DNA of 64,000 nucleotides from Chitinophagaceae bacterium. Its GTDB lineage: Bacteria; Bacteroidota; Bacteroidia; Chitinophagales; UBA10324. The position numbers and the translations under genes were made by a program. Shown here one piece after another: positions 30,121 through 39,369 of the stretch (position 1 is the stretch's first letter; each line of letters opens with the position of its first letter). The notes under the pieces are model-generated. The model was not told the origin of the DNA. It was given only the letters and a program-made list of their open reading frames with translations, and did not search any database. The stretch spans positions 105,500 to 169,499 of the forward strand of contig JADJAG010000012.1 of NCBI GenBank assembly GCA_016704325.1, given 5' to 3'.

Positions 30121-30800
30121 AGCAATCCCGAAGGGATGAAATGATTATAGAGATAAAATCAAAAGAAGATAGCAGAATCCCGAAGGGATGACAGAATTAC
30201 TGCAACTAAAACAAAGGCAACAATAATCACGAATTGAAAAACTAATCACGAAAGGAATAAAATTTTTTATGGCAGGCACATTTTCACAAATCTACATCCA
30301 GGTTGTTTTTGCTGTGAAAGGAAGGCAAAACCTGATTCAAAAAGCATGGAAAGATGACCTGCACAAATACATGGCAGGAATCATTAAAGGCAAAAAGCAA
30401 AAATCCATTATCGTTAATGGCATGCCTGATCATATCCATGCATTCATTGGATTGAAGCCAGCAATGGCAGTTTCGGATCTGGTGCGAGACATCAAAAACA
30501 ATTCTACCAATTTTATCAATGATCGTAAGCTGGTCAAAGGAAAATTTTCATGGCAGGACGGATACGGTTCATTTTCTTACGGTCATTCACAGATTGATAA
30601 AGTGTACAAATACATTCTGAATCAAGAACAGCACCATCGTAAAAAAACATTTAGGGAAGAATATCTCGACTTCCTTAAAAAATTTGAGGTGCCTTACGAT
30701 GAAAAATATTTGTTTGAATGGATTGAATGATGGTGTCACCCCTACGGGGTTGGTGTGGGTGAAGATTCATTTTCTATAATCCTGGCATCCCTTCGGGATT
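30121..30800 (+). mobile_element. RAYT/IS200-like unit: Y1 transposase flanked by REP-like hairpins
   Basis: atcccgaagggat at 30125-30137 and 30177-30189. The inverted copy atcccttcgggat is at 30787-30799. A further hairpin acccctacggggt is at about 30738-30750. Confidence 0.7.
30269..30730 (+). CDS. IS200/IS605-family Y1 (HUH) transposase, REP-associated (RAYT-like)
   Basis: 153 aa. HUH motif MPDHIHAFIGL. Tyr region SWQDGYGSFSY. Typical size, and a single gene with no TnpB. Confidence 0.8.
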   Translation: MAGTFSQIYIQVVFAVKGRQNLIQKAWKDDLHKYMAGIIKGKKQKSIIVNGMPDHIHAFIGLKPAMAVSDLVRDIKNNSTNFINDRKLVKGKFSWQDGYGSFSYGHSQIDKVYKYILNQEQHHRKKTFREEYLDFLKKFEVPYDEKYLFEWIE

Positions 30801-30982
30801 GGCAGAATGGGGAAATCAATTTGAATGATCGGAAAGTACATGACAAAACAATCGCATTACTAAAAGGAAAATTGGAAGAAGCAATTAAACTGAATGATGT
30901 GATCATAAATGGAATGTACCTGGTAAGAGTAATGGTGAATGATCAGGTGTATTGTAGTCAAATTGTTATTGAAAAGCAGTAG
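30755..30982 (+). pseudogene. Orphan T9SS CTD fragment
   Basis: ...LLKGKLEEAIKLNDVIINGMYLVRVMVNDQVYCSQIVIEKQ aligns to the last ~45 aa of the CTDs ending at 30107, 32854 and 34313. No upstream body; it abuts the RAYT unit. Confidence 0.7.
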
Positions 30983-31082
30983 CATCAACCATAATAAACT
31001 TTTAGTCGTGCAATAAATAATTGGAAGCCATTCTTAAAGAACCTCCTGACAATTTCGCATACACTCTAAAATATAAACGAAC

Positions 31083-32420
31083 ATGAAAAAAGCAAACACA
31101 ATTTTTCTTTATCCTCATCCTCATCCTCTTTTTTATGAAATTCAGCTTCGTGCTCAAAATGCTCCATCAATCGAATGGCAAAAATGTTTTGGTGGAAGCT
31201 CAAATGATTATGCAAGGTCCATTCAGCAAACCATCGATGGCGGATTAATTATTGCGGGCTATTCTTATTCCAATGATGGTGATGTTTCCGGCAATCACGG
31301 TGGTGCCGATTACTGGATCGTTAAAACAGATGAAGTTGGAAATACAATATGGCAAAAATGCTTTGGTGGAACCGGTAACGACTATGCCTATTCCATTCAG
31401 CAAACTACTGATGGAGGTTTCATCGCAACAGGTGTTTCCAAATCAAATGATGGCGATGTATCGGGCAATCATGGGTGGTCTGATATATGGACACTAAAAC
31501 TTGATTCATCCGGAAACATAACCTGGAGTACTTGCTCAGGCGGAAGTTACAATGAAGCAGCTTACTCAGTCAGAGAGACTATTAATGGCGATTATATAAT
31601 AGCCGGTCATACAAACTCTATTGATGGGGATGTGGTTGTTGGAGATGATAATTGGTACACGAATCAATATTGGATTATTCTTCTCGACTCTTCCGGTAAT
31701 CTTAAAGACCAGGGCGGTGGAGGTGACTATACGGCCCATGAACTTGCATACGATATTCAGCCCATTGGAGATGGAGGATATGTTTTTGTCGGGCAGGAGA
31801 ACACCGGGGGAAATTACGAAGATTATTTTTCTATTAATTGGATTGACTCGTCATTAGCTTATGCATGGTCGGGTGTAGGGTTTTTAGGTGAACCTGCCGG
31901 TGCATATGCTGTGGCTCTTACCAGTAATAACGGCTTTGTTATTGCTGGCTATGCTGATACTTATTACTATGGCGATGCGAACTATGCCATCCTGAATCTG
32001 GATTCAAATCAAAACATCAATTGGTTTGCTGAATTGGGCGGAAGTGGGAGCGACATCGCCTGGTCGGTTCAGCAAACTTCAGATAAAGGGTATATTGCTG
32101 CCGGCTATACCGGATCTAATAATGGTGATGTATCCGGAAATCATGGCGGTAATGATTACTGGATTGTGTACCTGGATTCAGCAGGAAACCTAGCCTGGCA
32201 AAAAGCACTAGGTGGGAGTAATAATGATGAAGCCTTTTCCGTTCAGCAAACTGTCGACAATGGATTCATTATAGCTGGAAATGCAAACTCATATGATGGA
32301 AATGTTTCTGGTAGCCATGGGGGCAGTGATTACTGGATCGTGAAACTTTCATGCTATATGTCGCAAGCTTTTATGCCGACAGTGATAATGATGGCTTCGG
32401 CAATGTTGCTGCAAGTGTAA
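31083..32420 (+). CDS. 58-aa-repeat secreted protein, frameshifted before its MopE/CTD module
   Basis: WQKCFGG...SIQQT.DGG.I..G.S.SNDGDVSGNHGG.DYWIVK.D..GN repeats. The signal peptide looks corrupted (MKKANTIFLYPHPHPLF), whereas an alternative frame gives FFFILILILFF. The frame is lost at T-run 32369-32372. Confidence 0.7.
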   Translation: MKKANTIFLYPHPHPLFYEIQLRAQNAPSIEWQKCFGGSSNDYARSIQQTIDGGLIIAGYSYSNDGDVSGNHGGADYWIVKTDEVGNTIWQKCFGGTGNDYAYSIQQTTDGGFIATGVSKSNDGDVSGNHGWSDIWTLKLDSSGNITWSTCSGGSYNEAAYSVRETINGDYIIAGHTNSIDGDVVVGDDNWYTNQYWIILLDSSGNLKDQGGGGDYTAHELAYDIQPIGDGGYVFVGQENTGGNYEDYFSINWIDSSLAYAWSGVGFLGEPAGAYAVALTSNNGFVIAGYADTYYYGDANYAILNLDSNQNINWFAELGGSGSDIAWSVQQTSDKGYIAAGYTGSNNGDVSGNHGGNDYWIVYLDSAGNLAWQKALGGSNNDEAFSVQQTVDNGFIIAGNANSYDGNVSGSHGGSDYWIVKLSCYMSQAFMPTVIMMASAMLLQV

Positions 32421-32854
32421 TTACATCGGACTGCTCTCAACCTGCCGGGTACATTGCTGATACCACCGATTGTGACGATACCAATGAAAACATTAACCCT
32501 GATGCCAATGAAATTCTTTTCAACGGCATTGATGATAACTGCGATGGTTTCATAGACGAATTCGGAACAGATATTTATTCGTCACCAAATACGGTGTCTG
32601 ATTTCTCCCTCTTCCCCAATCCTACTAATGGTGAGTTTGTGGTTCACTTACAACTTAATAATGAACTCAATGCCGAAGCAAAGATCGAAGTGATCAGCCT
32701 GCTGGGCCAGGTAGTGTGTAGTAAAGCAAGTGCAGTGTTGAAAGGAAAATTACAGGACGCAATTAAACTGAATGATGAGGTTGATGGAATATACTTAGTA
32801 AGATTGAGAGTGAATGACGAAGCATATTATTGGCAAATTGTTTATCAGAAATAA
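32351..32854 (+). CDS. MopE-like motif plus T9SS CTD (continuation of the 31083 gene in another frame)
   Basis: SFYADSDNDGFGN...TDCDDTNENINPDANEILFNGIDDNCDGFIDE...FSLFPNPTNGEFVVHL...GIYLVRL. Confidence 0.7.
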   Translation: MLYVASFYADSDNDGFGNVAASVITSDCSQPAGYIADTTDCDDTNENINPDANEILFNGIDDNCDGFIDEFGTDIYSSPNTVSDFSLFPNPTNGEFVVHLQLNNELNAEAKIEVISLLGQVVCSKASAVLKGKLQDAIKLNDEVDGIYLVRLRVNDEAYYWQIVYQK

Positions 32855-33077
32855 TCGCATGCCGTAACCTTGTTTTTTTCGAAATGCAGGGTTGCTGTTT
32901 TCTTCATATATTTCATTCATACCAAAACAAAAAAATCAATATCATGAAAAGGCAAGTTAAGTTAATAGTTGCATAGTAGGCGATGCTGTCTTTACACAGT
33001 CCTTAATTATTCAGCTATAAAATAGTTAAAGTGACACCGCTAAAAATGTTCATAACGCTTGAAAACATTAGAAAGCC

Positions 33078-34313
33078 ATGAAAGAACAACATTCATTTTC
33101 CTCCCGGCTTAAAGATTACTCCTTGATCACATCCGGCATTCTCGCATCTGTTTCTGTTGATGCCCAGATAGTTTATACAGATGTGAACCCTGACTACTAT
33201 GGCTCGTCAACAAATTATGCTATTGACCTAAATAATGATGGTATCACTGAATTGATTCTGAATAGCGAACATTCCTGGACCTCTGATTTTTATTACTCGA
33301 CGGTGCTTGTTGATCCTGAGCCGGAAAATTCTTTTGCATTGTCACCGTATATTGCAGGAACTCAAATTGATTCCAACATAGCTTGGAAAGGGACCGCGGC
33401 AGAAATTGCCGTTTTAGTAACCGCTTACGGTAACTGGACATGGGGAGAGGGTCCATGGCTTGGTCAGTATGAAAAATTTATGCCGGTACGCTTTAAATTG
33501 GCAAATGACCAATATTATGGATGGGTGCGACTTTCAGTAAATCCGGCGGCCAGCGGTTTCACAGTTTATGACTACGCTTATGAATCGACCCCGTTTCAAT
33601 CACTGGCAACTGGAGAAATTCCCTGTACCGTGCTCTATCCTGATGCTGATGGGGACCATTATGGTGATCTGAATTCTACGGGTGTTATCACCTGTTTAAT
33701 TTCAGGATTTACGATTGATCACAGTGATTGTGATGATTCGAACCCATCGGTTTATCCGGGTGCTACTGAAGATTGCAATGGAATTGATGATGATTGCAAC
33801 TCGGTTGCAGACGATGCAATACCCTATGATACCTATTTCGCGGATGACGATAATGATGGTTTTGGTAATGCAAGTAACTCCATTGATTCCTGCGATCAAC
33901 CTGTGGGCTACATCACTGACAACACCGATTGTGATGATACCAATTCAAACGTCAATCCCGACGCAACCGAAATTCTTTTCAATGGCATTGATGACGACTG
34001 CGATGGCTATTTAGATGAATTTGGAACAGGTATTTTTTCATCAGCAAATGCTGCATCTGTTTTTTCTCTCTTCCCCAATCCCACCAATGATGAGTTTGAA
34101 GTTTACTTACAACTTCATAATGAATTGAATGCCGAAGCAAAAATTGAAGTGATCAACCTGCTTGGGCAGGTGGTGTATAATAAAACAAGTTCATTGATAA
34201 GAGGAAAACTGCAGTCAGCAATTAAACTTAATGATGAAGCAGATGGAATATACTTAGTGAGAGTAATAGTGAAAGAGCATATATATTCCCTTCCAATTAT
34301 TTTAGAGAAATAG
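33078..34313 (+). CDS. Secreted protein: unknown N-domain plus MopE-like motifs plus T9SS CTD
   Basis: Intact ORF. PDADGDHYGD...DCDDSNPSVYPGATEDCNGIDDDCN. The CTD is nearly identical to that of 29232-30107. Confidence 0.7.
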   Translation: MKEQHSFSSRLKDYSLITSGILASVSVDAQIVYTDVNPDYYGSSTNYAIDLNNDGITELILNSEHSWTSDFYYSTVLVDPEPENSFALSPYIAGTQIDSNIAWKGTAAEIAVLVTAYGNWTWGEGPWLGQYEKFMPVRFKLANDQYYGWVRLSVNPAASGFTVYDYAYESTPFQSLATGEIPCTVLYPDADGDHYGDLNSTGVITCLISGFTIDHSDCDDSNPSVYPGATEDCNGIDDDCNSVADDAIPYDTYFADDDNDGFGNASNSIDSCDQPVGYITDNTDCDDTNSNVNPDATEILFNGIDDDCDGYLDEFGTGIFSSANAASVFSLFPNPTNDEFEVYLQLHNELNAEAKIEVINLLGQVVYNKTSSLIRGKLQSAIKLNDEADGIYLVRVIVKEHIYSLPIILEK

Positions 34314-34328
34314 CCAAAACAAATTGAG

Positions 34329-34568
34329 ATGAAAAACCTCATTCTTACTCCCATGCTGCTCCTTGTTTCAGCTTCACTATGTGCCCAGACACAGGATTTC
34401 TGGATCCAACGTGCTGATTTTGGCGGAGGGGACTGTCTGGGAGCGTTTGGTTTCAGTATTAGTAATAAGGGATATGTCGGTTGTGGTAATTTCTGGGAAT
34501 ATGATCCACTGCTTGACTCGTGGTCGCAAAAAGCGGATTTTGAGGAGGCTACCGCATGGACCCGGTAG
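34329..34568 (+). CDS. 5' part (signal peptide plus first repeats) of a 'WEYDP' Kelch-like repeat protein, frameshifted
   Basis: MKNLILTPMLLLVSASLCAQ..RADFGGG...GFSISNKGYVG..FWEYDPLLDSWSQKADF. The frame is lost at about 34541-34543 (GG read as G). Confidence 0.65.
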   Translation: MKNLILTPMLLLVSASLCAQTQDFWIQRADFGGGDCLGAFGFSISNKGYVGCGNFWEYDPLLDSWSQKADFEEATAWTR

Positions 34569-35497
34569 GTTTCAGTATTGGTAATAAAGGATATATGGGA
34601 ACCGGACTTGATGATTATTTTAGAAAGGATTTCTGGGAATATGATCCCCTGTTAAATTCATGGACCCAACTGGCAGATTTCGGTGGTGTAGCCCGTGCTG
34701 AAGCCGTTGGTTTCAGCATAGGTAATAAAGGATACATCGGAACTGGATACGACGCAGACTCGCATAATTTAAAAGATTTTTGGGAGTATGATCCTGACTT
34801 GAACAATTGGATTCAAAAAACAGATTTTCTTTCCGTCGCTTATGGTGCTGTTGGATTTTCCATAGGAGGGAAGGGATACATGGGAACGGGAAATAAGAAT
34901 AGCGGCCTTCAGAAAGGATTTGCGGAATATGATCCTGTTACTGATATATGGATAAAAAAAGCAGATTTCGGGGGAACTGCACGCTTTCAAGCTGTTGGCT
35001 TCAGCATTGGCAGCAAGGGATATCTTGGAACGGGATCAGTTACAAAGGATTTCTGGGAATACGATCCTGCCTTGAACACCTGGACACAGAAAGTAGATTT
35101 CGGGGGAATCGCCCGCTCTCAAGCTGTTGGTTTCAGCATTGGCAACAAGGGATATCTTGGAACGGGAGCAATATTATCCGGCGCGCCAACCAGCGATTTC
35201 TGGGAGTATACACCCGAATTTGGAGTTGGGATTTCATCAATTACAATTGACGATGGGATTTTCTCTCTCTTTCCAAATCCTAATGACGGCATGATAACAA
35301 TAACGGCAACCTTCGGGCAGGAAGAAACTCTCACCATAAGAATCATTGATCTTACCGGAAGAGAATTGTTTTCAGAAATCATTGGCAATGTAACCGGCAC
35401 CTTTTCCAAACAACTTGATCTGGGTAATTATTCAAGCGGCACTTACTTCATGCAATTAATTCATGACGGGCAGAAAGAAGTTCACAAAATGCAATGA
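34556..35497 (+). CDS. 'WEYDP' Kelch-like repeat protein with T9SS CTD (continuation of 34329)
   Basis: Six FWEYDP..N.W.QK.DFGG.AR..AVGFSIG.KGY.GTG repeats. CTD is FSLFPNPNDGMITI...GTYFMQL. Confidence 0.75.
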   Translation: MDPVGFSIGNKGYMGTGLDDYFRKDFWEYDPLLNSWTQLADFGGVARAEAVGFSIGNKGYIGTGYDADSHNLKDFWEYDPDLNNWIQKTDFLSVAYGAVGFSIGGKGYMGTGNKNSGLQKGFAEYDPVTDIWIKKADFGGTARFQAVGFSIGSKGYLGTGSVTKDFWEYDPALNTWTQKVDFGGIARSQAVGFSIGNKGYLGTGAILSGAPTSDFWEYTPEFGVGISSITIDDGIFSLFPNPNDGMITITATFGQEETLTIRIIDLTGRELFSEIIGNVTGTFSKQLDLGNYSSGTYFMQLIHDGQKEVHKMQ

Positions 35498-35616
35498 TGG
35501 TAAATGGAAAACGACAACAGGAAATACAACTGGGCGATGTGGCGGAAGGAATCTATTTGGTGAAAGTGATCATTGGTGAACATGCATATACAATACAAAT
35601 TGATGTTCAAAAATAA
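35497..35616 (+). pseudogene. Orphan T9SS CTD tail fragment
   Basis: ...QLGDVAEGIYLVKVIIGEHAYTIQIDVQK starts directly at the stop of the preceding gene and matches only the last ~30 aa of a CTD. Confidence 0.6.
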
Positions 35617-35723
35617 TTTCAATCAAAGACTACAGCCATGAAAAGTTTCACAACGGCCACGTCGAAGAGAAGAAAATAATAATCGATAAATGAAGATGCA
35701 ACTAAATAGAAAAATTCTCCCCA

Positions 35724-38579
35724 ATGAAAAACTATGCACTTGTACTGTTGCTTATTACGGGTTATGTAAAGCTTCATGCGCAAACTATCCCTGCTATTGA
35801 ATGGCAAAAATCATTAGGCGGAACCGACAATGAGAGGGCCTTTTCCATTCAGCCAACGAATGATAACGGGTTGATCATTGCAGGTTATACTGCTTCTGAA
35901 GATGGAGATGTTACAACTCATTATGGAGGTCGTGATTTCTGGATTGTTAAACTGGATGCTGCCGGAGATATGCTTTGGCAGAAAGCATTCGGTGGAACGC
36001 AGGATGAAGAGGCGCGTTCCATTCAGCAAACTACGGACAGCGGATTTATTGTAGCAGGCTTTACTGCATCCAATGATAGTAATGTTACGGGAAACCATGG
36101 CGGAACAGATTATTGGATCGTGAAACTGGACATCGCAGGAAATTTAGAATGGCAGCGATCACTGGGTGGCACGAAGAATGATACTGCATGTTCCATTCAG
36201 CAAACTAACAATGGAGGCTTTATTGTTGCAGGAACTTCTCATTCAAACGATGGTGATGTTACCTATCATCATGGTTCTGTTTTTTCACCCGATATATGGT
36301 TGGTAAAACTCGATGCTTCCGGAAATATAACAAAGGAAAAATCATTCGGAGGAACCGGTAACGACCATGGCCGTTCCATCCGGCAAACCAGTGATAATGG
36401 ATTTATCCTCGTCGGATTTTCGGATTCTGAGAATGGCGATGTAACTGGAAACTATTACAGTCGCGATTACTGGATCGTGAAGCTCACCATTGCAATCAAA
36501 ATCGAATGGGAAAAATGCCTGGGAGGATATGCAACAGATGAAGGTCAGTCAGTAGAAGAAACAGATGATGGTGGATTTATTGTTACAGGTAGCTCGGATT
36601 CAAATGATGGTGATGTATCCGGGAATCATTTTACTTCCTGGTATGGAAGTATTATTAATTCACGTGATATCTGGACAGTAAGATTGACAAAAACCGGGAA
36701 TATCCTTTGGCAAAAAAGTTTGGGAGGTACATTCGGCGAACATGCCTTCTCAACAAAGCAAACCATCGATAAAGGGTTTATAGTAGCAGGAATTTCTTTT
36801 TCAAATGGATGGGATGTTTCGGGAAACAAGGGAAACGGTGATGCATGGATCGTAAAGCTGGATTCATCAGGAGCTATAACATGGCAGCAAACCATCGGAG
36901 GCACTGGTTCCGACATCATTTCTTCCATTATTGAAACTACGGAAGAAGAAATTATCGCCGTTGGTTCTTCCGGTTCTAATGATGGGGATGTTTCCGGTAA
37001 CCATGGATTGGAAGATTACTGGATCGTTAAACTTTCCTGCAATGTTCCACAGATTTTTTTTGAGGATGCTGATGGCGATGGTTTTGGAAATGTCGATGTG
37101 AGCATTACAGTAACTTCATGTATTCCACCATTGGGATATGTTTCAGACACCTTGGATTGCAATGATGCAGCTGCAGCAATCCATCCTCCGGCCTCACCAT
37201 CTCTATTATGGCAAAAATGCCTGGGTGGTACTCAGTTTAATGGTGATTTTGCAGCAGGTATCGAGCAAACTTCTGATGGAGGATATATTATGGCCGGATC
37301 CACCTGGTCGGATGACGGAGATGTTTCAGGAAACAAAGGTGAGTCAGACTACTGGGTGGTAAAGCTTGGTGCTGAAGGAATGATAGAGTGGCAAAAATGT
37401 TTGGGAGGATCCAGCAATGAATATGCACGATCTGTTCAACAAACCACTGATGGAGGATATGTAGTTGCAGGTGAATCTTATTCTACAGATGGTGATGTTT
37501 CAGGTCATCACGGAACTGCCTCCAACTCGGATATTTGGATGGTGAAGCTTGATGCCTCCGGAAATATACAGTGGGAAAAGAGCCTTGGTGGCAGCGAATA
37601 TGAGCAGGACGGATACGTAAAGCAGACTCCAGACGGCGGTTACATTGTGGTAGGAACCTCCGGTTCTAACGATGGCGATGTTTCAGGTCACCACGGACAG
37701 GTTTATTATCCCGACCTCTGGGTGGTTAGACTCAATGCGGTTGGAACTATACTTTGGCAGAAATCTCTCGGAGGTTACGAATCTGAATATGGGAAAAGTG
37801 TATCGTTAGTTGCTGACGGTTCTTATGTTGTTGCAGGCCAGACTGCTTCGAACAATGGAAATGTTTCGGGAAACCACGGTTACTGGGATTCTTGGGTGGT
37901 GAACCTCGATTCTTCCGGGAACATGCTCTGGCAAAAATGCCTGGGGGGCTCGGATGCGGACGCTTTAACATGTATCAGGCAGACCACTGATGGTGGGTTC
38001 ATTGCTCTGGGTAATACAACATCAACCAATGGTGATGTTTCCGGAAACCATGGTTATCTCGATTATTGGATCGTAAAGTTGGATCCTTATGGCAACCTGC
38101 TCTGGCAAAAATGCTTAGGTGAGAGCGGATACGATAATGGTTTTGCTATGTGCCTAACTGCTGAAGGGGGATTCATTGTTGCGGGTTTCTCCGAATCACA
38201 AGAAGGTGATGTGCAAGGACATCATGGAGTTTACGATACCTGGATTGTAAAGCTGAGCTCATCAGGCAACGTAGAATGGATAGAAAGATGCATGGGAGGT
38301 GAGGGCATTGATGCACCAGCGTCCATAGATCAAACTGATGATGGAGGATTTATCGTAGCCGGTTTTTCTGATTCACAGCTTGGAGATGTTACAGGAAATC
38401 ATGGATTTTCATTTGACTGCTGGGTCGTCCGGCTCGCACCCGCCTCAGGTACCGAAATTTTAAACGGGATCGATGATGATTGCGACGGCACTATAGATGG
38501 TATTATAGATAGCGCTCCTTTGGTTGAACAGGTCGAATCTCCAATTTTGTTTATCCCAATCCCACTAATGGAATTGTAA
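35724..38579 (+). CDS. Large 58-aa-repeat secreted protein (about 7 plus 8 repeats split by a MopE-like motif), frameshifted before its CTD
   Basis: Signal peptide MKNYALVLLLITGYVKLHAQ. WQK.LGG...S(I/V).QT.D.G(F/Y)I.AG...S.DGDV.G.HG..D.W.VKLD..GN repeats. The frame is lost at T-run 38545-38548. Confidence 0.8.
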   Translation: MKNYALVLLLITGYVKLHAQTIPAIEWQKSLGGTDNERAFSIQPTNDNGLIIAGYTASEDGDVTTHYGGRDFWIVKLDAAGDMLWQKAFGGTQDEEARSIQQTTDSGFIVAGFTASNDSNVTGNHGGTDYWIVKLDIAGNLEWQRSLGGTKNDTACSIQQTNNGGFIVAGTSHSNDGDVTYHHGSVFSPDIWLVKLDASGNITKEKSFGGTGNDHGRSIRQTSDNGFILVGFSDSENGDVTGNYYSRDYWIVKLTIAIKIEWEKCLGGYATDEGQSVEETDDGGFIVTGSSDSNDGDVSGNHFTSWYGSIINSRDIWTVRLTKTGNILWQKSLGGTFGEHAFSTKQTIDKGFIVAGISFSNGWDVSGNKGNGDAWIVKLDSSGAITWQQTIGGTGSDIISSIIETTEEEIIAVGSSGSNDGDVSGNHGLEDYWIVKLSCNVPQIFFEDADGDGFGNVDVSITVTSCIPPLGYVSDTLDCNDAAAAIHPPASPSLLWQKCLGGTQFNGDFAAGIEQTSDGGYIMAGSTWSDDGDVSGNKGESDYWVVKLGAEGMIEWQKCLGGSSNEYARSVQQTTDGGYVVAGESYSTDGDVSGHHGTASNSDIWMVKLDASGNIQWEKSLGGSEYEQDGYVKQTPDGGYIVVGTSGSNDGDVSGHHGQVYYPDLWVVRLNAVGTILWQKSLGGYESEYGKSVSLVADGSYVVAGQTASNNGNVSGNHGYWDSWVVNLDSSGNMLWQKCLGGSDADALTCIRQTTDGGFIALGNTTSTNGDVSGNHGYLDYWIVKLDPYGNLLWQKCLGESGYDNGFAMCLTAEGGFIVAGFSESQEGDVQGHHGVYDTWIVKLSSSGNVEWIERCMGGEGIDAPASIDQTDDGGFIVAGFSDSQLGDVTGNHGFSFDCWVVRLAPASGTEILNGIDDDCDGTIDGIIDSAPLVEQVESPILFIPIPLMEL

Positions 38580-38788
38580 CCATCGCTGAGTTTTCCAGTC
38601 CAAAACAATCCATCATCATTCGTGTGCTCGATTTCTCAGGAAAAGAATTATACTTGGAAAATATTGGCAACATAACCGGCACCTTTTCCAAACAACTTGA
38701 TCTCAGCAATTTTTCTCAGGGGACTTATTTACTTGAGCTGATTCACAACGGACAACGGGAGGTGAAAAAGCTGGTAATCCAAAAATAA
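38549..38788 (+). pseudogene. T9SS CTD of the 35724 gene, displaced into another frame
   Basis: VYPNPTNGIVTIAEFSSPKQSIIIRVLDFSGKELYLENIGNITGTFSKQLDLSNFSQGTYLLELIHNGQREVKKLVIQK. Paralogous to the CTD ending at 35497. Confidence 0.7.
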
Positions 38789-38902
38789 TCTGAGCACAGG
38801 AAAATCTATCAACAGTATAAGAACTATCCATTCAGCTGAGTACGAATTACAGCGTGATCTTGTATTGCAGGTATTCTGTAACTTCATTCCAATCCAAATC
38901 CA

Positions 38903-38976
38903 TCCCTGAATTCAGGGAGCCTCATTTTACCGGAATTCTGTCATGCAATCGCCTTGTGTATAAAGCCATATTTGTA
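38903..38976 (+). promoter_or_regulatory. Promoter cassette copy C
   Basis: Perfect tccctgaattcaggga, then 48 nt (..cattttaccggaattctgtcatg..), then catatttgta at 38967. Confidence 0.65.
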
Positions 38977-39009
38977 TCAGCAAAGGTCACTATTCTAAAA
39001 CTTAACCTT

Positions 39010-39126
39010 ATGAAAAACAATCACGTCAAACTGTTCCTTCACAATGCCGGAGTTGAATTGGGAGCATGGCTGCTATCAGGCAGCTTTGTTGCGGGCATCG
39101 TTTGGCTGGCAGGAAACCTGTTTTAA
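39010..39126 (+). CDS. Small hydrophobic peptide P4 (38 aa), GAW-peptide family
   Basis: MKNNHVKLFLHNAGVELGAWLLSGSFVAGIVWLAGNLF. The track shows a 90-aa ORF (38854-39126) whose N-terminal part overlies the cassette. The ATG at 39010 is 33 nt after the box. Confidence 0.65.
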   Translation: MKNNHVKLFLHNAGVELGAWLLSGSFVAGIVWLAGNLF

Positions 39127-39369
39127 ATCAAATTGAGCGGAGATCAGTCCGCAAAAAGGTTATTACAGTCGATAAAAGGCTTTTCCCCATTATAACCTCA
39201 AAAGAAGCTGCACAAAAAAATCTCAACCTATAGTTATTTCCTTATGTTATAATTGATTTTTTATGCATATTTATAGAGTAATTTTTACTCGATAAGCCAA
39301 ACATGCTACTTTAAATTTTCTCTAATTCAATATCCCTTTTTTCATTTCATCTTTCATTAAAACAGATCT

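Noticed and set aside
38854-39126. 90-aa version of the P4 ORF from the track
   Set aside because: Its first 52 codons overlie the conserved cassette (palindrome, spacer, box). The 38-aa version from ATG 39010 matches P1 in length and sequence.
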